DNA of 64,000 nt from Camelus ferus (taxonomy: Eukaryota): the NCBI RefSeq assembly GCF_009834535.1, contig NC_045696.1, positions 66,528,001-66,592,000 of the forward strand, in the 5' to 3' direction. A program made the position numbers and the translations under genes. This document shows, piece by piece, positions 38,171-51,107 of the stretch (position 1 is its first letter; every line of letters starts with the position of its first letter). The notes under the pieces are model-generated. The model was not told where the DNA came from. It saw nothing but the letters and a program-made list of their open reading frames with translations, and did no database searches.

Positions 38171-39899
38171 ATTACAGGAGGTAGACCTAATGACTTTGAT
38201 TCCATGAAACCATTCTGTCCATATTTATTAACACATTCAAGTGTCAAGTAATGTGTATTTGTGTATGTGTATTTCCTGTGCTCATGTGTCAGAGAGTGAG
38301 GTTTAAGGCATGCTTCTCTGTAACTGACAACACAGTTGTCTTGATGGTTGATAAATTGATAGCATAATGAATAAATAATCCTTTTAGGGTCCCAACTGCC
38401 TCAAGAAAACTACAAAGAGGTCATGAAAGCCAGTTGTAATCACCACACATCATCAATTGCTCATCAAGAGAAAAGTAAGCCCACAACCCCAGCACTATTT
38501 TTTTTTTTTAATTCTCTCCTCTCCCCTGCCATTAAGGCAAAAAGCCAATTTCTTGAGAGTAGTGAGGGAGGGCAGGCATAGATGTGAAAGAATGAATACA
38601 GAGGTTGAACCACATCTTAAACATCTGGTTTTATTTATGTGCAAGCACCATGCACAGAGTGTAATTATTGTGATTGAAAATAACTGTGTAGACACACAGA
38701 CATGCTAGGTCAGGATGTATATTTCTCTGTCCTAAATGCTGATTCTATGCACCGGATGGCACTGCCAAGATTTAGTTATAAGCACGAGTTCTGAACGTGC
38801 AGAGCAGTTTTTTTTCCTCTTCTCTTTTCTGACTTTCTGGGTTTTCTTTCCCCACTGTAGTTTTCTTTCTAGAAAACTACTACTTTGGCAAGGGTTGAGG
38901 ACTGAGTCATGGACGTGCCCTTACTCACGTCTTCTGTAATTTGAAGCCAGAGTCTGAGGCAAATTCCAATACTGCTGTGCCAGGCGATGGTTTAGCTCTT
39001 GAAATGCTATCCACACACAAGCCATGCACATACCTGCAAAGCTATTTTTTGTTGTTGTTGTTCCTCTGGAAGGTCTTAGGGGCTGGAGAACATGTAGATA
39101 GGAAGCAACAAGGAGAATCCCTTTCCTGTCTCTCACAAGACTTTTTTATTCTTTTTAACTTGTGAATGATATGATACTGATCCAGAAAAAAAAAGTGCTC
39201 CCAAAATATGTTGCAGCTGATCTTCAGCTGTTGTCCCTGTAGTCCAATCAGACCCTAAGTCTTCAAACACAATAAGCTGCTCCAGGAGAATATTTGTGTG
39301 AATATTTGATGTGATTACATGCCTCAATACAGTTAGCCAAAGAGATGGAAAATAATAGCTTTGAAATAGGCCAAAAGATGTAATATCAAGCTTAAGCTTT
39401 ACTTTCTCTGTCTCTGTCTCTCTCTTTTTTAATGTACTTAGTTATTAATGTCAGAGCCCATCAATAACAAGCAGGTAAAAAGATCTCTAATAAAATGGAG
39501 CAAAATCTCAGGTCCTTATTTCCAAAACATTTTTCTTAAAATTAACGGAAACGAGTTTTTAAACAAAAACTCTTGAATCATTGTGGTTTAAAAACAAGAA
39601 GAAAAAATATGGCAAATGAAGAGAGCTGCATTGGTGAAACTTGACCTCTTCTGTGTCATACGGTCTTCGAGGCACCTCCAGGTTTGTGAATATGGGGAAT
39701 CAGAAGACCTATATGCACCAGGAAGGATGAAATAAGCAATCTGTGATAAGTACAAGGCAAATCTAGATCAATAACAAAAAAGTTACCTCTTGTTTTTGAA
39801 TAATATGGCTTAGCTTATGTATTTCTTTTCTTAGTGTCATTGAATCCCAAACCAGGGAAACATAAAGACACATTCTTAGGTCAGATGTCCCAGGCATCT

Positions 39900-40084
39900 C
39901 TATGTCTCAAGATCATCCCAAGGTTTTTAAAGCCTAGGATTTTGGCTCACAGCCTGGGAAGGTCTGAATTGGTAGATCTTATTTTGGGCTCCGGCATCTG
40001 CATCCAAAAAGTTAAAATAAATAAATTAATAAAATCTACCTAGGTGAGTCTGTTGTGCCCCCGGGTTTAGGAACTACTGCTCTA
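39900..40084. mobile_element. MER5-type DNA transposon relic
   Basis: 'tctgaattggtagatct..gggctccggcatctgcat..ctaggtgagtctgttgtgc..gtttaggaactactgctcta'. Confidence 0.65.
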
Positions 40085-40249
40085 GCTTCCTTTTTCCTCC
40101 TCCCCACAAAAAGGTAGACTCTTAACAGTCATTGGATTTTCAGTCCCATAAAGTCAGTACTTTTGATTGCCAGCCAGATGAGAACAAAGATGGAAGGTCT
40201 ACTCTATCCTTTTATTTGTAATGTCTATGATGTTTTTCTTTCACATTCT

Positions 40250-40950
40250 GGATCATTTCAATTCTGCCCACTATTATTTGAGTGTCTACTATAAGAAAAA
40301 TACTTATGAGACTAAAAAGTGAATAAGGCAAAACCGTGCTCTAAAGAGGAAAATGGGTTCCACTATCTACAATAAAAAGCAAGTGGTCTTAAGCACCAGC
40401 GTGGAGTAAAAACACAGTTCTACGAGAGCGCAATGAAGTTGACCGTGGTTAGTAGCCGTAGAGGGATGTGGAGTGATGACTGAGTTCTTCCTTGGAATGT
40501 TTGTAGATTTCTGTGCCATGTCAAAGGGGCTTAAAGACAGGGATTCAAAGCAGAGGAACCCTAATGGGTATGGATGGAAGTCCATAGCATGTTAAAGAAG
40601 TAATGAGTCAGCTGATGTAGCTGCTTGTCAGAGAAGAGCAGAGAAGACCCTTAAGAGTGACTGCAGTCAGGTCTGGGCTCCTCCTGAAGATTTCAGGCAG
40701 ATGCACCACTTTGGAAGTGATAAACATTTAGGAGAGCATGTGGATGCCTGAGGAACATGAATGAGACGTGACCATGTTAGACATGGTAGAAGGAAGATTT
40801 GTGTTCATATTGAAGGAGTCTGGGGATCTTAAGAATAGACGTAGTTGGGATGTGGGTACTTAACTGACATTGAGCTGGTAACGCGGTGGCAGGTTGGGAG
40901 GACAGAAGTTGCTGTGGATGTGAGAAAGTGTATGGTAGGCACAGCCTTAG
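40250..40950 (-). mobile_element. L2 fragment
   Basis: 'ctattatttgagtgtctactat..gtgaataaggca' start followed by purine-rich antisense L2-like sequence. Confidence 0.55.
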
Positions 40951-41099
40951 CCTGCTGGTTCTGATGGGCTTGGAACAAGTCTGGTTGAGTGACAGGGACA
41001 CCAATACTCTCAGCCACAGTGATTTTTAACTTCAAACAATGCATATTTGTTTCAAGATGAAAAACAAACCTTGACTATTCAGTTCTTGAAATAAATCGA

Positions 41100-41930
41100 A
41101 TAGTTTCTGCTCTTCTAATAATATGCATTCACTGCCTTCCAAAAAGATTAAAGGATAGAGATAAGTAAAAAGAAGAAAGTGAAAATTATTAGATAATCTC
41201 AATGCCCAATGATAGTCGTTGATAACATGATGAGGTATCTTTCCAAATCTTTTTTTTAACCTATGCTTGTGAGCATTTGTTTCAAAAATGTTATCACTTT
41301 GCTAATATTGTACATAACCTGTATTTTATGCCCCTAATGTATCATAAAGTTTTTCAATATTCTTAAATCTTCTTCTACAACACTAATTAGAATGGCTTCA
41401 TAGTGTTTCATGATATAAATTAGCACAACTTTCCTTAATTCACACTAATGGGCATTTGATTAGTTTAACCCTCTTTTTTTTTAACATTTTTTATTGAGTT
41501 ATAATCATTTTACAATGTTGTGTCAAATTCCAGTGTAGAGCACAATTTTTCAGTTATACATGAACATATATATATTCATTGTCACATTTTTTTCTCTGTG
41601 AGCTACTGTAAGATCTTGTGTATACTTCCCTGTGCTATACAGTATAATCTTGTTTATCTGTTCTACATTTTTGAAATCTCGTCTATCCCTTTCCACCCTC
41701 TGCCCCCTTGGCAACCACAAGTTTGTATTCTATGTCTATGGGTCTATTTCTGTTTTGTATTTACGCTTTGTTTCTTTTTGTTGTTGTTAACCTTCTTTTT
41801 ATTTAGCTGTAAATTTTATTGAGGAAAATCCTTTTATACAATCTTTGTCTTCACATCTTGTTGTTTCTGTAAAGGAAATTCTCATCTGTGAGGTTATTGT
41901 GTTGAAATATTTATTTTTAATTACTTGCCA
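41100..41930 (-). mobile_element. Old L1ME-type fragment hosting a younger L1
   Basis: 'aatggcttcatagtgtttcatgata..ctaatgggcatttgattagttt', resuming after the insert with 'aaaggaaattctcatctgtgaggttattgtgttga'. Confidence 0.65.
41479..41786 (-). mobile_element. Young L1 3' end (same family as 30584-30832) with TSD
   Basis: 'aacattttttattgagttataatcattttacaatgttgtgtcaaattccagtgt'; TSD ttaaccctcttttt (41465-41478) / ttaaccttcttttt (41787-41800). Confidence 0.92.
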
Positions 41931-42217
41931 TTACTGGTCCCTGTAACAAGCTACTCCAGGGACAGCATCAAGGACTAGAGTGGCCCCCACATGCAACATG
42001 AGTGAGAGCCCTAGGGTTCTACTCTGTTTCCATCATCATCTACCAGGGGCTCATTTGTCCAGAACAATAGGATTTGCCCTCTTTACGTGAGTCGACTGTG
42101 CTTCCTTTCCTCATCTTCCACGTAATTAAATCCATATTCTACGGTCATGCTTATCTTTACTCTTTTGGTGTTTGGCACAGATTATCTTTAAGACATTACT
42201 TCAGAATAAGTATGACA

Positions 42218-42614
42218 TGGTATCAGTCAGGTTCAACCAGAAAAATAAAACCAGATACATATTAAGAGATTGACTGTAAGGAAATGGCTTAATACTGATT
42301 GGGGGCATAGCTAGGTGAGTGTGCAATCCACAGGACAGACCATCAGGAGGAGCTGACTTGAGTCCTTGGTCATGAGCTGAAGCTGCTATCTGCAGAATAA
42401 AGTTAACTTTACTTAGGGAAGGAGAAATTTTCATTTTAAGTCCTTTCAACTGATTGAATCAGGTCCACTCAGCAAATCTAGGATAATCTTTCCTTAAATA
42501 GATTGATTATAGACATTAATCACATCTACAAAAATACTTTGACAGAAACATCTAAATCAATGTTTGGTTGGGGACTATAGCCTAGCTAAGGATACCATAA
42601 AACTGACCGTCACA
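42218..42614 (-). mobile_element. MLT2-type ERVL solo LTR
   Basis: 'cctttcaactgattgaatcaggtccactc..attaatcacatctacaaaaatac..ctatagcctagctaag..cataaaactgaccgtcaca'. Confidence 0.85.
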
Positions 42615-42634
42615 CTTCCGTAATTAGCCTTCAT

Positions 42635-42687
42635 TCTCTCTCTCTGTCTCTCTCTCTCTGTCTCTGTTTGTCTCTCTCTTTCTCTCA
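42635..42687. repeat. Imperfect (TC)n microsatellite
   Basis: Directly visible. Confidence 0.85.
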
Positions 42688-42919
42688 GCTATAATTGGAA
42701 TCAGGATCTATGAAAGAATTTGGGGGTAGGGGGATGGGCAAGAATAAAGTCTAGTAAACAGGAAGGCAAGTTTGTGGAAAAAACAATATTTTCATTGATT
42801 TTTTTTTTTTTTCAAATGCCTTCTCTTACAATGACAGCTCTTTTCTTCCTTGCTGAAGGAAAAGCAAGTGTAAAGAACTTAGCTGCCAGGAAGCTCAGAT
42901 CTAAGTGTAAACCTCAATT

Positions 42920-43475
42920 GTATTAACTTTCTCATCATTTAGAAATAAATCTAAGCCCCTTATCTTGGCCTACAGTGTCTTAGACGATCTGAGCCTTGCT
43001 TGCTTATCCAGTCTGCCATATGTTATTAGATTCCAGACAAACCAGCATATATATATATATGCTGGTTTAAAAAAATATATATATTTTTTTCCTTAATGAT
43101 GCCAAAGATCTTCTTCCAAGAGCCTTTGCACTTTTCTCTTTGCCTTGGATCCCTTCCTCTAAGTCCTCCCTCTCTTGGCCTTGTTATTGAGTTCTGAGCT
43201 CAAATATTATATCATCAGAGAAACTTCCCTGGCTACCCTAGCTAGAGGAGCCCCCTCATCCCCAAATTACTTCACTCCACTATCCAAGTTTAATTTTTAT
43301 AGTGAAAAGCTCTACCTATAATAATCTTAGTGATTTAACTTTTTTCTTGTCTCCACCTTATCTGCACCTTTTTGAGAACACAGACTGCCTTTGTTTCCCC
43401 CCAAATCACAGTGACAAGAGGCTTACCTGACATTTGACAGAGCTTGACTCCATGCTTGTGGAATGACTAGATGAT
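42920..43475 (+). mobile_element. L2 3' fragment
   Basis: 'tttagaaataaatctaagccccttatcttggcctaca..agagcctttgcactt..ctcaaatattatatcatcagagaaacttccctgg'. Confidence 0.8.
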
Positions 43476-46400
43476 TCCCAACTTACTTTCCAGATACAAT
43501 TAATCACTCCTGTCTGCATTTTTTTCTCAGTCCTTCCTTCTAACACTGTATTTTCCTGTTATATACATTTTTTTTAATTATAAACTACCTGATGATAAAT
43601 ATTGTTTTTGGAAGTGGTACATATATAGTCTGTTGATAAACGTGTGCTTTTGCAGAATTAATCAGGTGTCCCTGGCGAGGTGTCTCATGCCCCAGTCCTG
43701 AGTGGGCTATAATATGTCAGCCTCTTAGAGTTCTTGTTGGGACCACAGGGAGACAAATGGCAGAACTGTAGGTTGTGTGTGATGGGGTCCAGGAAGCGGT
43801 GTGGCAGCTGTAAGGGAACTGAGAGCCGAAGGAATGTGCCTTGGCTGAAAGTTTCTGTATCATTCCACCACGCTGACTCCTCTGTGCTGTACAGTTTCTC
43901 CCATTTGGCATCTGGTTCAGCCGAAACTAATATGCCATATGTTGGGATTAGGAAGTGTGGTGAGAAGGTGGTGAGTATCTGGGGAATAATTTCTCCTTCT
44001 AACTATGCTGAAGAAGGACTGGCTGATGATTTTCAAAATCTCTTGGGAATGGAGTTGGACACTTATTCATTCCCTTGTTTGTGCTTTTGTTTTGTTTATA
44101 TTTTAAAAACACTTGTTTGAGCCTGCATATACTCGAACAGATGTGCAAAATGCTAACCAAAAATAAAATTAAATGTAAACAGCTTCCTCTTTGATTTTAT
44201 ATGTTTCGCAAAGTGTTTATTATTATCTGGAAGGCTTGTAAAGTGAGATATTTCTGTTGTTTTGATTTGATTTCTCCCTGGAATTCATCCACATAACATT
44301 CCAAAACTCCTATTTTAGTAACAAAGACCCGATTTTAAGGCGGATTCGCTAGGAGAAAAAAAAATTAAGATACATTTTTTACTCGACTGTGTGTGTGTTC
44401 AAAACATAGCACCATTTTATGGGCAGATTATAATTTAAAAGTTTGAATATATTGTATTTTATAATATTTTATGAAGATATTTTATGAAATATGTTATACT
44501 TTCTCCACTGTCTACATTGTAAGAGGAGCATGAATTTATGTCTATTATCAGGATATCATTAGGGCAGTTGCTGGTAATGGATTAATGATTACATCTTCTC
44601 TAAGAATTTCTGAATTAGAAATGTGCTGTGCAGAATTTCACTAACTCCTAATCTGGAAGTCATAGAAGGGTGTACAACAGGGCAGGCAACAGATACCAAG
44701 CACAGTTATATTTTTCACGATTATCAGAAGATACTTGTGATTTGTGATCGCTCTTCTGCAGATGTGTATGTTCTAGTTTCAGAAGGAGAGTTTCCCCGAA
44801 TGTCATTTGCTTTTATGAAGTCGCTCTTGCAAGAATGTAATTTTCTTTTTGTGTTTCAGGGCTCTAAGGCCACCTACACTGTCGGTATTATTATGAAATA
44901 ACTCAATTGACTGGATTTTATTTCTTCCTGGAAAATTTCTCCAGCGTAGATAAAGGCAGGCGGTTCCTATTTATTTACACGTGCTTACTGTTTAAGTGAT
45001 TGACCTTGACCCACAGTCCAGCTTTGCTAATCTTCATAAATTATGAAAGGGATGATTCTCTAGCTGAAGGTGGTTAGCAATTGTAAACCTAAAATAGTAA
45101 ATGAGAGGAACGCTGCAAATGGAGGTCCAACTGGCAGCAGTTTATTTATATAAATTTTTGGATCACCTTTGGGCAGGATGAAAAATTGTAGCCCTCCAAG
45201 TCTCCTGAGGTTAGATGGGCTCCTGAAGTGGCTTCGTGTTATCAGTAGCATGTCCTGTCCTACAGTGTCCACAAAACACAGGTCAGAATAGTTGCCAATG
45301 AAAAAAGACAGTACATTCGTTTAGCTCTAAGGAATGGGGAACTTCAACTTGGAGGAAAGATAACAAGGGAATTTGAGAGTTTTGTTCAAGTTTCAGAATG
45401 ACTGTAAGGAAGAAATAAGGTGGGACTTCTTAGAAATAGCTGGGAAAGTCAGAACCAGTACAAATGGGAGGATTTTAATAGAGTTACAGTGCAGCATAGT
45501 CAAATCTAACCCCAAATGCTCCTCATCCCTGAAAGGGTTCCCGCAGAGCCTTGGCAGTCCAGGGGCACTGTGGATGTAGATTGACAGGAGAAAACTGATT
45601 TGAGTATTTATAAAGCCAGAGATGTGTTTTAAGGCATCATGCCTCCCTCAGGTACAACCACTTACTGAGTATTTACTAATGTAAAATATTGTTCTAGAAA
45701 CTAGGGACAGGATCTAAGCATATATTATCTCCTAAACTTTAAATCAGCAAGTAAGACTCATAGAGGCTAAGTATTTTGTCCAGTAATTGATGAAACTGAG
45801 ATTCAAAGCTAGGGTTTCTTAACCCCAGGGCTTATTTTGTTTTTGTTTTTTGTTTTTTCCTTTTCCATCCAAAATGAACTTGCTGACTTAGCAGTCAAAT
45901 TAATTAGATTTCCTTATCTCCTTCCTCTGCCTGCTGTTCCTGGAAAACTAAAAGGGAGACCTTGAGTACAGTGGAATGAATCGTTTACTGAAGGTCAGAA
46001 AACCTGGATTTTAGCTCTGATTCTGCTTCGATCCTCAGGACCCTTATGTAAACCTTCCACCCTCACCCCATCTACCCCTGATCTCTAGTGGCCCCTTCAG
46101 AAGATCAGAGGGGTGGTCTCTGGGCTTCCTTTCAGCCCAGACGCTGGCTCGCTCTGTGACTCCCGCCCCCTCCAGGGAGCTCGGGGGGCATTGCCGAGGG
46201 TATGTGGAACATGGCTTGGGACTGATCGTCATCATCTCTCGTTATCGTTCCTAATTATGATGTATAAGCACTCGGCTGATGGCAAGAACAGTACAAGGGC
46301 TCGACAGGGTAGAAGATTCTCCTAATAAAGATCAATTCCTACATAATGCAGTCACGCCAAGCTCTGCTAGGCTACTTGCGTTCTGCCATTCTCCCTTCCA

Positions 46401-46774
46401 CCAGCGTAAAGTACTAGTTAGAGGAGAATGAAAAGTTGCTGAAAGCTGTGAATTACCCACAGCAGACCAGCACTCTTTCCACTCATCACCGTGTGGCCTC
46501 ATCATCTCCCTTTGTCCATGGGACCTACATGGCCTCCTGGATGTTACAGACACTGGTTCCTCACTTTTGATTGATTCCTCTGGTTCTCAGAGGGTGAAAA
46601 CTGCCTGCATTTCCATGAAAGCATATGATAAGCCTCACATGAGATCTTACTATAGTTAACCAGAAACGTGATCAATGTAAAACTCCATCTTCCAACACAC
46701 ATTTACACACACACACACATACACATATACACCCTTCTATTCTTTTATAATAGTGATATTTCAAAGGTGATTTT

Positions 46775-46902
46775 ATTTATTTATTTTTTATTGAAGTCTA
46801 ATTGATTTACCATGTTGTGTTAGTTTCTGGTGTACAGTGAAGTGATTCAATTATACATATATATATACATATTCTTTTTCATATTCTTTACCACTATGGT
46901 GT
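46775..46902 (-). mobile_element. Short L1 3' end with TSD
   Basis: 'ttttattgaagtctaattgatttaccatgttgtgttagtttctggtgtacag'; flanks aaaggtgatttt (46763-46774) / aaaagtgctttt (46903-46914). Confidence 0.85.
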
Positions 46903-47567
46903 AAAAGTGCTTTTGGAATTCTGTTTCATTCCATATGTATTTCCAAGTGCTTTCTTACATTTACTCTCTCACAGTCCTTTACCAATGGGCTATGTGTCTG
47001 GCTCTGTTTTATTTCTGAAGATTATATAACACTCATCTCTAGTGGTTACACTTCAAGTGAAAATCTCTACCTGCCTTCATTTTCAGTCTTTGAATTGATC
47101 ACCTTTCTTTCCTACTATGGCTTTCTACCAAAATGTTCAGCGAAAAGCAAACATAAGGGCTCACCAGTTTGCTCCAGAATGTGGGGCTCTGGGGACACAT
47201 TTTCGCTGCCTCTTGTTATTGAGAACAGTCAGCATGCTGGAATCCCGCTTACCCTTAAAAGGTAACAGTAACTATGCCAGTGTCAAATAGAAACCATTCC
47301 TTTGAATTCAGGCCAGAAGTTTCAGTGTGGGGCTGGAAATGATGTGAAATAAAAAAATACGATATTTTTATTCATAGGGTGTTCTGAAGGAAGATGCTGT
47401 ATCAATTTTTAGAATTATTTCTCACAAATACAATAATCTCTTACATTGTTCCATAGCTTTAGAGTTTGTAATCTGCTTTGTTATACTTTGATGTATCCCA
47501 CAATACTCCTGTGAGACAGATGGCCAGGATACTTATAAATATATATTATATATTTATATATACATTT

Positions 47568-47573
<6 letters not shown>

Positions 47574-47606
<33 letters not shown>
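47574..47606. repeat. (TG)16 microsatellite within a minus-strand MIR (about 47430-47720)
   Basis: Directly visible; MIR-like flank 'tccacaatactcctgtgag'. Confidence 0.92.
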
Positions 47607-47608
<2 letters not shown>

Positions 47609-49799
47609 ATTTTGAAAACAGTGACATTCATAGGATGTCCTAATCAAGGATACACAGAGTAAACAAGTCAAATTTTTCTCAAACCACATTATCTAGTGCC
47701 TAATAGTATACTCTTTCTGCTGGCTACACTGCAATTTCATGGACACTTGCAACAAACTTTATGAACTAGATCTTTTCCTTTATTTAAAGCATCAAATACC
47801 CAGTGAGCCCCAGCCCCGAACACAGTGCACAATCTGAGATTCCTATGCATGTGTATTAGGTTAGTGACACATCAGGGGAGCCTACTCCAGAGAGGTCTTC
47901 AGCAAAATAAATACAGTTCTTCCTTCTGCTCTCCCCACTCTCCTACCCTTGCATTCAACAAAGGGGGCCAGTGTAGGGTATGTAAAGCAGCTAATTGCCA
48001 GGTGACATCGTGGCACTTAGAGACTTTAATCATTAAGCTATTTCCCTTGGAGGAATATGTTTTGTTGTATGTCTCTGATCCTAAATTGTGAAAAGTTAGG
48101 TAAGAAACTTATGAAACTAATTACGAAATGATTACTTTCTTGTAAGTTGAGAAATTTTAAAAAGTTGAACTGCCCATGACCATGAATTTTTACGTTCTGT
48201 CTACGGTATTGCTTTCCACTTAACAATTCAAAATTGTCCTTATGACTAATAAAGGCAGATTGTCTCTCTCTCTGTCCTTGGGGACCTATAAAGCCATACA
48301 AAAGCAATTGGGAGAAATTACTTAATTGAAGTTTTAAAATGTTAATGATGGGTAAACAGTGACCAGACCAGATGCTGAGCTAGTGACCTGGGTCTTTGGG
48401 GCCTTTCAGGTTGCACAATAGCTATTACTTCCTTTGAGCATTTGCAAGTCAGGCATGGAAACTTTTAAGCAGGCTCTGACAAAAGTGCTGGGTTTTTATT
48501 TTGTAATTGCACTAAGTAGAAGCCAGCTGTGAACCTCTCAGGACCCCTTATTGGACTGAGAAGTTAAACATTTTGCTGAGTAGGCAGTAGAGTTTTCTTC
48601 TCTTTAATCCCACCCTCTTGGTGAAAATGCACTCTTAATAAGCGTAAAGGGAAAAGGATATGAAAATAATAAATGAAAAATTTGTGTTGAGCACAGATTT
48701 TTCTGCTTACCTATAGGTCACCCGAGTCACCAAATGGAACTTGATGACTATTACATACTAGCTGTGTTGTAGATGCTCAGTAAATATTTGTTGAAAGGAT
48801 CTCATGTCATTTAACTCAGTTTTTGTATATAGTATGATAGAAGTATATCCAATCTGTCTGCAAGGCCAATCGTTTTCCAGATAATAATTCAGTTTGCTCT
48901 GAGTCAGGGCCACTTTGTGTGAGGCCAACAAACTAAAAGATATGCATGACTTAAGTCAAAACCATCACCATTCCTCAAAAAAAAAAAAAAGCTATTTTGC
49001 ATATTCATGAATATAAAGATAAAATCCATTCCCCTTCATAGGGGATGGATATAATTTTTTTATTAGTCCATACATCAGTTGTCCCAGATGACCATTCAGA
49101 TCAGATTCATGTCTTATGTAAAGACGGTCCATGTCTTATGTAAAGATCCATGTTGTAAGTCTTGACTTTGATGAAGTGCGCTGATTTTCTTGTTACTTTG
49201 CAAGCTACAGATTCACTAACCGTTAGTTGGCACTCTCTCTTAGAAGCCTGAAGTAACCCTTTTTTTTTGAGTACAGGTTTGTGGACTAAAGAAGCAACCT
49301 AATCATTTGTAGACCCAATCATTTTATAGATCCTATAAAAACGATTTAAATGTTCTGTTCCCAATCCAGATCCTTCCAATCTCTCCTAGAACCTATGCTG
49401 CCAGATGTGCAGATGTCCTGGTGGTCTCCTGCATGTCTTTTGATAAAGTGTAAGACAAATTTCTGCGGTGGCAGTTACTGTGGGCGTTGATGACACAAAT
49501 GCTGAATCATTACATGGCAAAGGATTAAAAGGCTGAATATACTTTTAAGAAATATCTCACGGCAACCAGACTTACTGTTCTCATTCCAGTATGTTTTGGT
49601 TCTGTTCCTTAATCCTAGAGTGTCTAGTAATCATTTTAGCTGTATTATATAAAGGAATACAGGGAACAGACAACTCAGTGCATTCATTTTATTTATTCCA
49701 TCCATCCAACACTTACAAGATGTTCTAGGCTCTGTGGGTAAACAATAATGAATAAGTCTTATTTTCTACCCTTAACAAATTTATTCTCAGTAGAAAATC

Positions 49800-50045
49800 A
49801 ACTTAAATAATCTCTCGTATTGATTCCTCTGTCCCGTGAGTCCCCATGCTATTTTGGAAGCCTTCTTGGGGATTTACTATAGTCTGTCTTTAGAGTCTTC
49901 TGTATGTTTCTTGTAGGCTTCTTGGCAGATTTGGGACTCCTGGAAAGCAAAGACTGTTTTCCTCATTTCTGTGTCCCTGGTTCCCGGTAGAGTTCTTAGT
50001 GTGAACTGCAAACTTAACACGTTTTAAAAAGGAATGAATGATCCA
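49800..50045 (+). mobile_element. L2 3' end
   Basis: 'actcctggaaagcaaagactgttttcctcatttctgtgtccctgg..gaatgaatga'. Confidence 0.7.
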
Positions 50046-50049
50046 ACAG

Positions 50050-50230
50050 TTTTGCCACTAACAATCTATAAGACTTTAAACTAGTAATCTAGTCTCTCTA
50101 AGGACCTGTTTCTGCATCTGTGAGTGAGGAAGTGAGGATAATACATGCTACATCTTATAAAGTTATGATATCAAAATGAGATGCATTACATTTTGCAAAC
50201 TGTGAAACATTCTACCAATGCACAGACTCA
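50050..50230 (+). mobile_element. MIR SINE
   Basis: 'ctctctaaggacctgtttctgcatctgtgagtgagga..aaaatgagatgc'. Confidence 0.7.
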
Positions 50231-51107
50231 CTCTTACTAAAAACTTAGTATGTTCTTTCATTTAACTGTGAGTTGCCTTTTAACTGCAACTGGCAGTGAT
50301 GTTTGAAGGGGTCTCAGGGACCTTACTATTAGTGGAAAACTCAACCCTCGTATGTCCCATAAATTTTCCTTCCTTAATGCTTAATTGTTAAATTAAAAAA
50401 AAATAGATTCTAATGAAGCATACTAAGTCTAGTTTATTCTTCAAACTTTTAACCTCTGTCTTGTCTATAAAATGTGAATTATTGTGGCATATGGTTCTAC
50501 TCAGGGCATGATAAATACTGTATATATTGGGAAGGAAACTATAAGGTATCTTTCTGGCTTGTCTTGAGGAAGAAATAAATGGCTTATGCAGTCATTTCCA
50601 TCTCTGGCTTCCGTGATTAATGCATCCTCCAGGAATGACTTTCTCCAGGCTACAGTGCCATTTTCTATCCCTATTCCGTCCCTGGAGTTTTCAATGAAAT
50701 GTGAACTGAAAAATATTTAGCTTTTATTTTAGATAACTTTTTTTTCTTTGACTCCGGCTTGTCTCTTTTACATTTTTTTTTCCATTCTTGAGTGACTTTT
50801 TCTTATTCATATTGGGATTTCTAGATTTCTATCTAGGAGGAGACCGGAGGTGCTTGAGATAACGTAGGGCTGCTTTTAGGGTTTGGAGGTGGAGTGGATG
50901 CTCAGGGAGTGGGAGAGACCTCAGCAGCTCGCGTGCCAACAGGTTCTGTGTGTCTTACCTCGTTACTCACTCACAGGCTCCGGGAGGCTTGGGACCAGTC
51001 AGGAGTCTATGTTAGTGCCAGATCTCGACTTGCTGTGTCATTAGGTGCAGTGGATGAGCATTTTGTGGAACTGTTTGAGCATGTTTTGCATTCTTTCATG
51101 GGATGGA

